Positions 1 to 8,030 of a DNA stretch of 48,601 bases are shown here, one piece after another. Under the pieces are notes generated by a model. It was not told the DNA's origin. It ran no database searches and saw nothing but the letters and a program-made list of their open reading frames with translations. Origin of the DNA: Bacteroidota bacterium. GTDB taxonomy: Bacteria; Bacteroidota; Ignavibacteria; Kapaibacteriales; UBA961. Positions within the stretch are counted from its first letter, which is position 1. The number at the start of each line of letters is the position of its first letter. The translations under genes and the position numbers were made by a program. The stretch is taken from the NCBI GenBank assembly GCA_052035765.1, contig JBPOHH010000515.1, positions 1 through 48,601 of the forward strand, in the 5' to 3' direction.

Positions 1-340
1 TTGGGGAGGGATTTTCGAGATACGTCACGTAACAGCTTGCATTATCTTTAGTTGCGTCAGCAGCAAATGGACTGTCTTGTATAATATTCCTCAATGTTTC
101 CGGTGTAAGCACCAACACATAGACATCGTATCCAAACGTGTTTGCAATCTGTGCTGTGATACGTTCAGCAAGCGCAAGGGTATTCGATTTTTGCGTCTGA
201 AAGAGTACATTCCCGCTCTGAAGATACGATTGTACATGCTCAAAACCAAGCGCATCATACATTTGTCTCAGCGCATCCATCTTGATAATTTTCTGTCCGC
301 TGACGTTGATACCGCGGAGGAGAGAGATGTAGGTATGCAT
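1..340 (-). CDS. DUF1697 family protein (N-terminal part; gene runs off the left window edge)
   Basis: Absent from the supplied ORF track because it is open at the edge. The reverse complement of 340..1 reads MHTYISLLRGINVSGQKIIKMDALRQMYDALGFEHVQSYLQSGNVLFQTQKSNTLALAERITAQIANTFGYDVYVLVLTPETLRNII... This matches the DUF1697 N-terminal signature (LLRGINVgG...M.eLr..l..lGf..V.tyiqSGNvvF). An in-frame stop at 442..440 makes the ATG at 340 the first possible start. Confidence 0.75.
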   Translation of the reverse strand, partial: MHTYISLLRGINVSGQKIIKMDALRQMYDALGFEHVQSYLQSGNVLFQTQKSNTLALAERITAQIANTFGYDVYVLVLTPETLRNIIQDSPFAADATKDNASCYVTYLENPSP

Positions 341-482
341 GAGAGTCAGTTGATCAGTGTTACGAAAGTTCCTGATGCGTAGGGCACCTTGTATTCGCCC
401 ATGTAGTGTTCGTATTGGATAATTACCAATAGTACTTTTTCAATACAAAGAACCAAATTTTCATCTGTCTGTTGATTCTTCC

Positions 483-1829
483 TCACCTTGATATCCTCCC
501 AAAACTATTCCCTGCTCCTACACCAATGATTGTATCGTAGCCGCCGTATTCAAATTCACGGTAATAAATTAAACTTATGAAAGTATGAGGCGTTGCACGG
601 GTATTTCCTTCGAATTCCTCAAACGATACATTGTCAAATTTTTGGGTGTCGGCGTTATAATTTCCTGTTCCGTAGAGATAATTATGGCGTCCGCGGCGCA
701 CCCATTGACGGAGCTTGTAAAGGCGGTCTTGCTCGTCATAATACATCTGCCATGAGCGGTCCGGCGTCCAGGAATTGAACGAACCGGTAACAAATACATC
801 ACGTTCCGACGGCCGGGACTCGGGGTCGAAAATAAACTCCACTTGAATATATTCATCATCCGACAAAGCGGTAAATCGTGTAGTGAGCATACCGTCATCG
901 GCGCGATCAAAGAATGTTCCATTCCGCCGTAAATCTGCAAACGGAGGTCTGATTGGTCCATTAATCCTGGGAAAATAGCCAAGATTATTCATATCGAGAA
1001 TACGATAGTCGTTCTCAGCCGGCAGTCTGTCAACACGAAACCGTTTGCCGATGCTCCCAAAGCCCGAGACCATGGTCTGCATGGGATATTTCCGGTAATT
1101 ATTGGCATCTTCCAATGACCCAATTTGTGATATGACCATAGGTTCCGTCCATCTGTTATTCCGATACATCACCACTGTCTGTACCTGATTATCCATTACC
1201 GAACGTAATGTCTGTATCTGCGTTTCGACGGTAAAAGCAGCCGGACTGACTTTAAGATTCGGTTCGTAGAGGTCACCATATACATCCACATAACACTCTG
1301 CAGCGGGATCAACGATAAAAAACCTGGCTTCCGTGACGACGTTACCGTCGTCATTGTAGTCGTAAAATTTGGCTTTCCAATTGCCGCCAACCGTAAAATT
1401 TACCTGAGAATTGGGTACCGAGAGCGAACCTCTATACGTATAGTATCGGGAATAAACGGGAGCGCTTTTCCAATCAATATTGCTCGTGCGGAAGGTAATT
1501 TGATTAATAAACACATTATTGTCTTCCGTCCAATCGGCAGCACAATGCACAAAGATTGCATACATCGAGGGTGGCAAATCAGCCTGTACATCGAGCTCGA
1601 TTGTGACAGTTTTTTCGCCGAATGTAGGGAGAACGGAGGACTTCCGCGTGGGTGTACTCAGTATTGCAATCGGTGGCAGGCGTTCATCCGTTCCGCCAAA
1701 GACGCGCACCATCCGCACTTGCGGCGGGAGCTTAATCGGTGTAGTTTCCTTGTCCGTTTCCTGCGCCTGCAGCGCGGCAAGAGCAAGAAATACTACCAAT
1801 ATATAGAGAGTAACTGTATGAATAATCAT
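483..1829 (-). CDS. Secreted protein, DUF5103-like (candidate T9SS plug protein) with a CBM48/AMPK-beta-like C-terminal region
   Basis: Full ORF of 448 aa. N-terminal signal peptide MIIHTVTLYILVVFLALAALQAQE. The motifs HCAADWTEDN, VFVTGSFNSWTPDRSWQMYYDEQDRLYKLRQWVRRGRHNYLY and the C-terminal LIYYREFEYGGYDTIIGVG resemble DUF5103 / T9SS plug proteins as I remember them. This was not verified by a search. Confidence 0.5.
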   Translation of the reverse strand: MIIHTVTLYILVVFLALAALQAQETDKETTPIKLPPQVRMVRVFGGTDERLPPIAILSTPTRKSSVLPTFGEKTVTIELDVQADLPPSMYAIFVHCAADWTEDNNVFINQITFRTSNIDWKSAPVYSRYYTYRGSLSVPNSQVNFTVGGNWKAKFYDYNDDGNVVTEARFFIVDPAAECYVDVYGDLYEPNLKVSPAAFTVETQIQTLRSVMDNQVQTVVMYRNNRWTEPMVISQIGSLEDANNYRKYPMQTMVSGFGSIGKRFRVDRLPAENDYRILDMNNLGYFPRINGPIRPPFADLRRNGTFFDRADDGMLTTRFTALSDDEYIQVEFIFDPESRPSERDVFVTGSFNSWTPDRSWQMYYDEQDRLYKLRQWVRRGRHNYLYGTGNYNADTQKFDNVSFEEFEGNTRATPHTFISLIYYREFEYGGYDTIIGVGAGNSFGRISR

Positions 1830-1833
1830 TAGA

Positions 1834-2601
1834 TTAGACAGTAATTTCCAGCACTACCGGACAATGATCTGAACCCTCTTGTGCCGGTTGATGAGTGCAA
1901 TTTGTGATTTTTGATGTCAGGTCGTCGGTCGCCCAATGATAGTCGATTCTCCAGCCTACATTGCGCGGGCGGGACATTTGCTGCATGCTCCACCAGGTGT
2001 AATTATCGCCGTCCTGATTGAACATTCTGAACGTGTCATGATATTTTTTCTCGACCAACCAGTCTAATTTTACCCGTTCGCAGAGCATAAATCCGGATGT
2101 GAGCACATTTTCCTTAGGTCGTGCTAAGTCTATGGGATAATGAGCGGTATTATAATCACCGCAGATCACCAGCTTGCGTCCTTTTTTGCGTAATTGTTCA
2201 CAAAATGCAAAGAACGCATCATAAAAATCGAGCTTATACTGCAACCGACCTTCGTTCATCCCACCGTTCGGGAAATACACATTAAAGAGGATAAATTCAC
2301 CGAAATCAGTTGCCATCACGCGGCCTTCGCCTTCGAATTTCTCGATACCGATAGATTTGAATGTCGCTTCGGGTTTGATCTTGGTGAACGTCGCAACACC
2401 GGAATACCCCTTTTTTACAGAACATGAATGATAAAAAGCTTCATAGCCGGCGGGAGCACGCAGATCGGGACTGATTTGCTCCATCTCTGCTTTTGTTTCC
2501 TGCACGCAGAGCACATCGGGCTGTTCGCGCTCGATATACTCAAAAAAACCTTTTTTATGAATCGCGCGAATTCCGTTGATATTCCAAGTTGTTATTTTCA
2601 T
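1834..2601 (-). CDS. xth: Exodeoxyribonuclease III (AP endonuclease, EEP fold)
   Basis: 255 aa. MKITTWNINGIRA... start, QETK, YNTAH, WWS and a C-terminal SDHCPV motif are typical of Xth/ExoIII. It ends 4 nt before the start of the next gene. Confidence 0.92.
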   Translation of the reverse strand: MKITTWNINGIRAIHKKGFFEYIEREQPDVLCVQETKAEMEQISPDLRAPAGYEAFYHSCSVKKGYSGVATFTKIKPEATFKSIGIEKFEGEGRVMATDFGEFILFNVYFPNGGMNEGRLQYKLDFYDAFFAFCEQLRKKGRKLVICGDYNTAHYPIDLARPKENVLTSGFMLCERVKLDWLVEKKYHDTFRMFNQDGDNYTWWSMQQMSRPRNVGWRIDYHWATDDLTSKITNCTHQPAQEGSDHCPVVLEITV

Positions 2602-2758
2602 TGATGTTGTAGATATTTTTCATAGAGGAGTGTGTATTTTGTGATGCAAAATAATGGTTCTTGTGGAAGTAGCATAGCATTGCTAAAAATAATTCTCCAC
2701 GCAGAATCACAGATTCCATCGGTGTCTTTCTTCAATTGAATTTCCTCTCTTATCCACC

Positions 2759-4219
2759 TCACCTCCCCGCCACTCTCATCAATTCCTCATACACGCCATC
2801 CTCACTCGGACGCTTTGCGCTTGGCATGGAGACATTCCCATTTTTGTCAATGATCATAAATGCCGGCACTCCTGAAATCCGATATAATTTAGGAACTTCT
2901 CCAGAAAATTGGTCTTTAGAATAGACATGTACGCCCTCCAAACCAGAGCTTTGCACATATTTCATCCACATTTCAGGAGTTGAGTATTCGAGCCAAACGG
3001 TGAGGAATTGAATATTGGGATTACTCTTGCACTTTTTCTGAAGTTCTTTGATAAAAGGAATTTCCTTACGACACGGTCCGCACCAAGTGCCGGTGAATTC
3101 CATATACACTGTTTTGCCTTTGAAGTCCGAAAGGGAGATATTTTTGGAGGTGAGGTCGGGTAAGGTGAAATTTGGAGCAGCTTTGCCTTCTGACATGGCG
3201 AGTTTGGTTTGATATATCTTGTATGCCATATCTAGACATCGCTGGTCAGTAACATGCGCTTTATAATCATTGAGCTGTTTTTCTACTATAGATAGTCTAG
3301 TCGAATCAGTATCTTTCATGAATAAAGCAGCAGTACAATAAAACATACCATAGTCTCTTGCTCTCCCTTGTAATTGAGATTTACAGAATTCAAAGCGTAA
3401 ATTCAATTTCTCTATTCTATCCAACTTTCTCTTGGCTACTACATCTTTCCACCAAAGCTTAAAAGGAAATCCTAAGTATGCAGATACAAAGCTACTGTAT
3501 GCCATTGTCAAGGGATTATTATCCTGTTTTAATTTTATGCTTTTAATAAAATTAATGCTCATTGTATCGTGGATTGCAACACTGTCATTATCATCGTAAT
3601 AAAAGTAGGATAATAAATCAAATTTTTTCATGTAGCCGGAATATTGAACTTCATCTTCCAATTCTCGTTTTAACGCAGGATAAGTACTTAACAAATAGGT
3701 ATTCATCATCAAGAATGTCGATTTCGATTGTGTCTGCTCGTCGATTAACTTTATGCATTCTTTCCAGTCTCCTGTTTGAATTTTATCAAAAAAATTAGAT
3801 CCTAGTTGAAACTTCGTAGAAAAGTATCTACTAAACTTCGTTGCTCCACCATTATCCGACAAAACCTCAGGAGTAGTATCCGTTGATATCTGGCGTATCA
3901 TGATGCTATCCCCTGCCTTACAGTAAATCGGGATACCAACATGCCGGCTTCCTATACGGAGAAAATAGAACGAATTAGCGGATGCATCCACACGTAAATA
4001 AAAAGTACCATTAGCATCAATCATGGCTGAATCGGCAGGCTTTTCACCATCATCCATTCGATTAACAGGATCTTTCATCCAGTAAATCATCTGATTTTTC
4101 TCCGGCACGGTTCCGTGTATCACCGCGCGGCTTGGATGTGTAGCAGTAGCTTTTTCGGGGGTACAGACGATGTAGAATATGGGAAGGCAGATGAGCAGGT
4201 AGAGAAGTGCTTGTTTCAT
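2759..4219 (-). CDS. TlpA/ResA-family thiol:disulfide oxidoreductase, exported (paralog 1)
   Basis: 486 aa with a signal/lipoprotein-like N-terminus MKQALLYLLICLPIFYIVCTPE. The C-terminal thioredoxin fold carries WCGPC (APNFTLPDLTSKNISLSDFKGKTVYMEFTGTWCGPCRKEIP). The N-terminal beta-rich region looks DUF4369-like, followed by a roughly 200-aa Y/F/K-rich middle region. Confidence 0.85.
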   Translation of the reverse strand: MKQALLYLLICLPIFYIVCTPEKATATHPSRAVIHGTVPEKNQMIYWMKDPVNRMDDGEKPADSAMIDANGTFYLRVDASANSFYFLRIGSRHVGIPIYCKAGDSIMIRQISTDTTPEVLSDNGGATKFSRYFSTKFQLGSNFFDKIQTGDWKECIKLIDEQTQSKSTFLMMNTYLLSTYPALKRELEDEVQYSGYMKKFDLLSYFYYDDNDSVAIHDTMSINFIKSIKLKQDNNPLTMAYSSFVSAYLGFPFKLWWKDVVAKRKLDRIEKLNLRFEFCKSQLQGRARDYGMFYCTAALFMKDTDSTRLSIVEKQLNDYKAHVTDQRCLDMAYKIYQTKLAMSEGKAAPNFTLPDLTSKNISLSDFKGKTVYMEFTGTWCGPCRKEIPFIKELQKKCKSNPNIQFLTVWLEYSTPEMWMKYVQSSGLEGVHVYSKDQFSGEVPKLYRISGVPAFMIIDKNGNVSMPSAKRPSEDGVYEELMRVAGR

Positions 4220-4305
4220 AAATTTTGAGTTAAACGTTTAGAAAATAATCTATTATTAATGCCTCAACAATTTAAATGTTAGGATTTCGAAAAATTATTA
4301 ACACC

Positions 4306-5766
4306 TCACCTACCCGCCACTCTCATCAATTCCTCATACACGCCATCTTCACTCGGATGCTTTGCGCTTGGCATGGCAACATTCCCATTTTTGTCAATAA
4401 TCATGAATGCCGGTACACCGGAAATCATATATAATTTAGGCACTGCTCCTGCGAATTGATCTTTAGAATAGACATGCGCGCCATCTACACCTGTGCTTTG
4501 CACATATCTCACCCACATTTCAGGTGTCTCACCTTCGAGCCAAACGGTGAGGAATTGTATATTGGGATTATTCTTGCACTTTTTCTGAAGTTCTTTGATA
4601 TAAGGAATTTCCTTACGACACGGTCCGCACCAAGTGCCGGTGAATTCCATATACACTGTTTTGCCTTTGAAGTCCGAAAGGGAGATATTTTTGGAGGTGA
4701 GATCGGGTAAGGTGAAATTTGGAGCAGCTTTGCCTTCTGACATGGCGAGTTTGGTTTGGTATAATGTATTCGCCATATTGTAATAACGGATATCAGTTAC
4801 ATCTTTTCTATAATCTTGGAGTTGCTTTTTCACTACTTCTAATGCCGTCGAATCGCTGAAAAAATTAAATAGATTTACTACACAATAATACATCCCGTAG
4901 TCTCTTGACCTGCCGGTAAGGTGTGATTTGCAATATTCAAATTTTAGTGAGAATCGATCTTTTCGTGCTAAAGAGGTAGTCACGACATTTGCTTTCTTCC
5001 ACTGTTTGAATGGAAATTCAAGGTACGTCGAGAGAAAATTAGTGTACGACATTGTCATCGGCATCGTATCATGCTTCAGTTTCACTCTATCCATAAAATC
5101 TGCACAGTGCGTATCGTTGATGCGAACACTATCATTGTCATCATAATATAAATACATGAGTAAGTTCAACTTGTGGCTACTGCCGGAGTATCTGACAACA
5201 TCCTCCATTTCTCTTTTTAATGCAGGATAGTTGTTTAATAAATAAGTATTCATCATCAAAAATGTCGATTGCGATTGGGTTTGTTCATCGAGTATCTTAA
5301 AGCATTCTTTCCAGTCTCCTGTTTGAATTTTATCAAAAAAATTAGCTCCTAATTGAAACTTCGTAAAAAAGAATTTACTAAACCTTGTCGCACCACCATT
5401 ATCCGACAAAACCTCCGGGGTAGTATCCGTTGATTTCTGACGTATCATGATGCTATCACCTCCCTTACAGTAAAATGGAATTCCAATATGCCGACTTCCT
5501 ATGCGTAGATAATAGAACGAATTAGCGGATGCCTCCACTCGTAAATTAAAAGTACCATTAGCATCAATCATGGCTGAATCGGCAGGTTTTTCGCCATCGT
5601 CTGTTCTATTAACAGGATCTTTCATCCAGTAAATCATTTGATTTTTCTCCGGCACGGTTCCGTGTATCACCGCGCGGCTTGGATGTGTGGCTGTGGCTTT
5701 TTCGGGAGTACAGACGATGCAGAAAATAGGAAGACAGGAAAGCAGGTAGAGAAGTGCGTGTTTCAT
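4306..5766 (-). CDS. TlpA/ResA-family thiol:disulfide oxidoreductase, exported (paralog 2)
   Basis: The track ORF 4306..5835 is trimmed to the ATG at 5766 (MKHALLYLLSCLPIFCIVCTPE), which aligns with the paralog 1 start. It has the same WCGPC thioredoxin domain and the same 486-aa length. Confidence 0.85.
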   Translation of the reverse strand: MKHALLYLLSCLPIFCIVCTPEKATATHPSRAVIHGTVPEKNQMIYWMKDPVNRTDDGEKPADSAMIDANGTFNLRVEASANSFYYLRIGSRHIGIPFYCKGGDSIMIRQKSTDTTPEVLSDNGGATRFSKFFFTKFQLGANFFDKIQTGDWKECFKILDEQTQSQSTFLMMNTYLLNNYPALKREMEDVVRYSGSSHKLNLLMYLYYDDNDSVRINDTHCADFMDRVKLKHDTMPMTMSYTNFLSTYLEFPFKQWKKANVVTTSLARKDRFSLKFEYCKSHLTGRSRDYGMYYCVVNLFNFFSDSTALEVVKKQLQDYRKDVTDIRYYNMANTLYQTKLAMSEGKAAPNFTLPDLTSKNISLSDFKGKTVYMEFTGTWCGPCRKEIPYIKELQKKCKNNPNIQFLTVWLEGETPEMWVRYVQSTGVDGAHVYSKDQFAGAVPKLYMISGVPAFMIIDKNGNVAMPSAKHPSEDGVYEELMRVAGR

Positions 5767-5856
5767 AACATATACGCGAATGTGAAGGATGCCGTGAATT
5801 TCATGCGAAAATAGTACTATCACTCGACATACCAAGGAGAAAGGTGTAATTCTTTG

Positions 5857-6528
5857 TTATGTCTGTTTCGTCGATTTTTTCACAACGAATTCCTGCGCAT
5901 ACATAGGCACGAAATCTTCGGCAGGTATCCACGCAGACTGATTCCATAATTCATAGGCATGACGGGCGATAAATCGAGGTGTAAGGCGGTTGAGTCCCGA
6001 AAGCTGATGACGGGAGTGAAAGCTTGGTGCGGCAGGACCGCAGAGTATGGTATCGTCCGTGATGGCCGATTGTACCTCATGTTCTTCCGTAAGGAGTATT
6101 GTAGAAGCCGGAGCGCCATCTGCGTGAAATGTTTGACTAAAAAACAGATTTTGATTCGCCGGAATAACACTCATAATTTCTTTATTACCAAGAGATTGAG
6201 CATATTCAGTTGCTGCTGATGCGAATGCACTCAGCGTCGGAACGGCGATGCATTTGATGTCACTGCCAAAACATATCCCCTTGGCGACACTCGCGCCGAT
6301 GCGGAGTCCGGTAAACGAACCCGGTCCGGCTGAAACGGCGACCGCATCGAGCTGATCAAACGTTTTCCCGCAGTCAGTAATAATTCTTCTGCAGAGTTCG
6401 GCAAGTAATTTATCGTGCAGATTATCACCGAAAAGTGAGTATTCTGCCAGGAGTTTCGCTCCTGATGCGAGCACCACGCCACAAGTCGCACCGGACGTTT
6501 CGATGGAGAGAAGAAGTGGCGTACTCAT
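5857..6528 (-). CDS. tsaB: tRNA N6-threonylcarbamoyladenosine (t6A) biosynthesis protein TsaB
   Basis: 223 aa. LLSIETSGATCGVVL ... AVAVSAGPGSFTGLRIGASVAKGICFG is the TsaB/YeaZ signature. Its ATG overlaps the stop of the upstream gene (ATGA at 6528..6525). Confidence 0.9.
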   Translation of the reverse strand: MSTPLLLSIETSGATCGVVLASGAKLLAEYSLFGDNLHDKLLAELCRRIITDCGKTFDQLDAVAVSAGPGSFTGLRIGASVAKGICFGSDIKCIAVPTLSAFASAATEYAQSLGNKEIMSVIPANQNLFFSQTFHADGAPASTILLTEEHEVQSAITDDTILCGPAAPSFHSRHQLSGLNRLTPRFIARHAYELWNQSAWIPAEDFVPMYAQEFVVKKSTKQT

Positions 6529-8009
6529 AGTCCAAACTCTCCTGTCAGCACGGTTTGCAGGAAGAGTTCTGCAGTTTGTGACTTGTTGAGTAAATACAAC
6601 GGTAGTCCTACAAATATCATTCTCCTGTCTTCACTCCGCACGGCTACTACCGGATTCCCTGTCCATTTGGTGCTTGCCGGCAAACGATAAAGCGGCTTGG
6701 CGGTGATTTTAGGATAGAGGGCATGTGGATTGACGGTGCCTGTCTCCTTGATGAAATTTGAATAGATTGTTCCTCCGGAGGTGTCAGCAACGATCTCGCT
6801 ATTGTTCTTAATATCCAAAGGATTAGAAGTAATTTCAAATGCTGACACACTATCCACAGGAGCAAAATCTATGAGCGCTGTCTGTACTTCCGACGGGATA
6901 GGATTCGGCAAATCTGCCGCATAAAGTGCATGTCCACCGCTCCGGATAAACTCCGGCAGACTTTCCTGCGCGAGTCGGTAATTTGCACCAGCATCGCTAT
7001 ACCATATCACCACTTTAAATAATTTAAGTGTTTCGATAAACATAGGATTAATAAATGGCGGGATATTGCGCGTTTTACCGCCGGTACGCAGGTCAAGTAC
7101 ATCTACTTTCCCCGCGAATTTACCCGATGCTATCGTTTGTAGTGAATTTTGATAGAAATTATCGGCTGCCGGCAAATCATGGTCTTTAATGATGAGAATA
7201 TTCCCCTTCGGCTTGCGTACATACCAGGTTTTCCCCGGTTGCGGATACCGCAATACTTTGCTTTTGAGAGCTCCGATATCGACGGCACGGAGATAAAACG
7301 CGTTTTCGGAGTTTGATACTAACCCACTGTCTGAGGTAAGAGTTATAAATGTCTGACTCGTAGGAATTCTTCTCCAATTTGTACTCGCAGTATCATTGAT
7401 GGCATACTCAAAATAAGCGATCGTTTCAGCGCCGTCGAGGTCGTAGGCGCCGAACTGAAAAGTCGCAACAGTGAACGTGGTGTCGGGTAAATGAACCTGC
7501 TTGGCGGCAATTGCCGTCGAGTCTGCGCCGAAGAAAACATGCGGTTGGGTATTGCGGATAGGATATCTGCTCGTGGCAGGAGTGAGGTCAGCCGCTCCTT
7601 CTAGAGAAATAAATTCCTCGCCATTATCATAGTATCCGTTGGAATTTGCATCGTTGAAATTGATACGCGCACCTTCTACAGGATACTGTTTCAGGGAATT
7701 ATCCACCGCACTGACACTGAAAAGATAGCTTGTATCATTATTTTCAATTCTCAATGAAAAAAGTGAATCGCTTCTGCGCGTAAAAAACCAAGTCTGACGA
7801 TCCGTTGAAAGCAGATATCCGTTGACAATTCCATCGGCGTCATCTCCATACCAATTTACCTGCAATCGACTGCTTTGTTCGGTCGCCACCGTATCAACGG
7901 CAATATGCGTTTGCGGTCTGATATTGCCGGCCGGCAAAGTCGGTTCGTCGGCACATGCATTGAGCAAAACGAGGAGTACTGCAAGGCACCATGTATAACG
8001 TACAATCAT
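6525..8009 (-). CDS. Lipoprotein of unknown function
   Basis: 494 aa. Lipobox-like N-terminus MIVRYTWCLAVLLVLLNAC. There are two similar beta-type segments (VNWYGDDADGIVNGYLLSTD; FQFGAYDLDGAETIAYFEYAIND). The C-terminal half (ILIIKDHDL...VVIWYSDAG...GGHALYAA) is reminiscent of a flavodoxin/ThuA-like fold. I recognise no family. Confidence 0.6.
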   Translation of the reverse strand: MIVRYTWCLAVLLVLLNACADEPTLPAGNIRPQTHIAVDTVATEQSSRLQVNWYGDDADGIVNGYLLSTDRQTWFFTRRSDSLFSLRIENNDTSYLFSVSAVDNSLKQYPVEGARINFNDANSNGYYDNGEEFISLEGAADLTPATSRYPIRNTQPHVFFGADSTAIAAKQVHLPDTTFTVATFQFGAYDLDGAETIAYFEYAINDTASTNWRRIPTSQTFITLTSDSGLVSNSENAFYLRAVDIGALKSKVLRYPQPGKTWYVRKPKGNILIIKDHDLPAADNFYQNSLQTIASGKFAGKVDVLDLRTGGKTRNIPPFINPMFIETLKLFKVVIWYSDAGANYRLAQESLPEFIRSGGHALYAADLPNPIPSEVQTALIDFAPVDSVSAFEITSNPLDIKNNSEIVADTSGGTIYSNFIKETGTVNPHALYPKITAKPLYRLPASTKWTGNPVVAVRSEDRRMIFVGLPLYLLNKSQTAELFLQTVLTGEFGL

Positions 8010-8030
8010 ATCTGCTTGTTATTGAATAAA

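Larger units (their letters stand above)
2759..5766 (-). repeat. Tandem direct duplication (period 1547 bp) holding two collinear 486-aa TlpA-like genes
   Basis: The stop codons at 2759 and 4306 are 1547 bp apart. Both genes are exactly 486 codons and align without indels. The 5' and 3' thirds are near-identical at the DNA level, for example 3057..3211 vs 4604..4758 (155 nt, one mismatch by eye). Confidence 0.9.

Noticed and set aside
77-382. Track ORF of 101 aa on the + strand.
   Set aside because: The sequence is Cys/Arg/Lys-rich with no motif. It lies antisense to a clear DUF1697 reading frame on the minus strand (340..1), so it is a shadow ORF.
5767-5835. N-terminal extensions proposed by the longest-ORF track. 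Examples are 4306..5835, 13759..14649, 24749..25246, 33475 (TTG) and 43277..45175.
   Set aside because: In each case an internal ATG gives a canonical N-terminus (signal peptide, Tat motif or the GxGxRL NTP-transferase motif). It also removes an overlap with the upstream gene or matches the start of the paralog.
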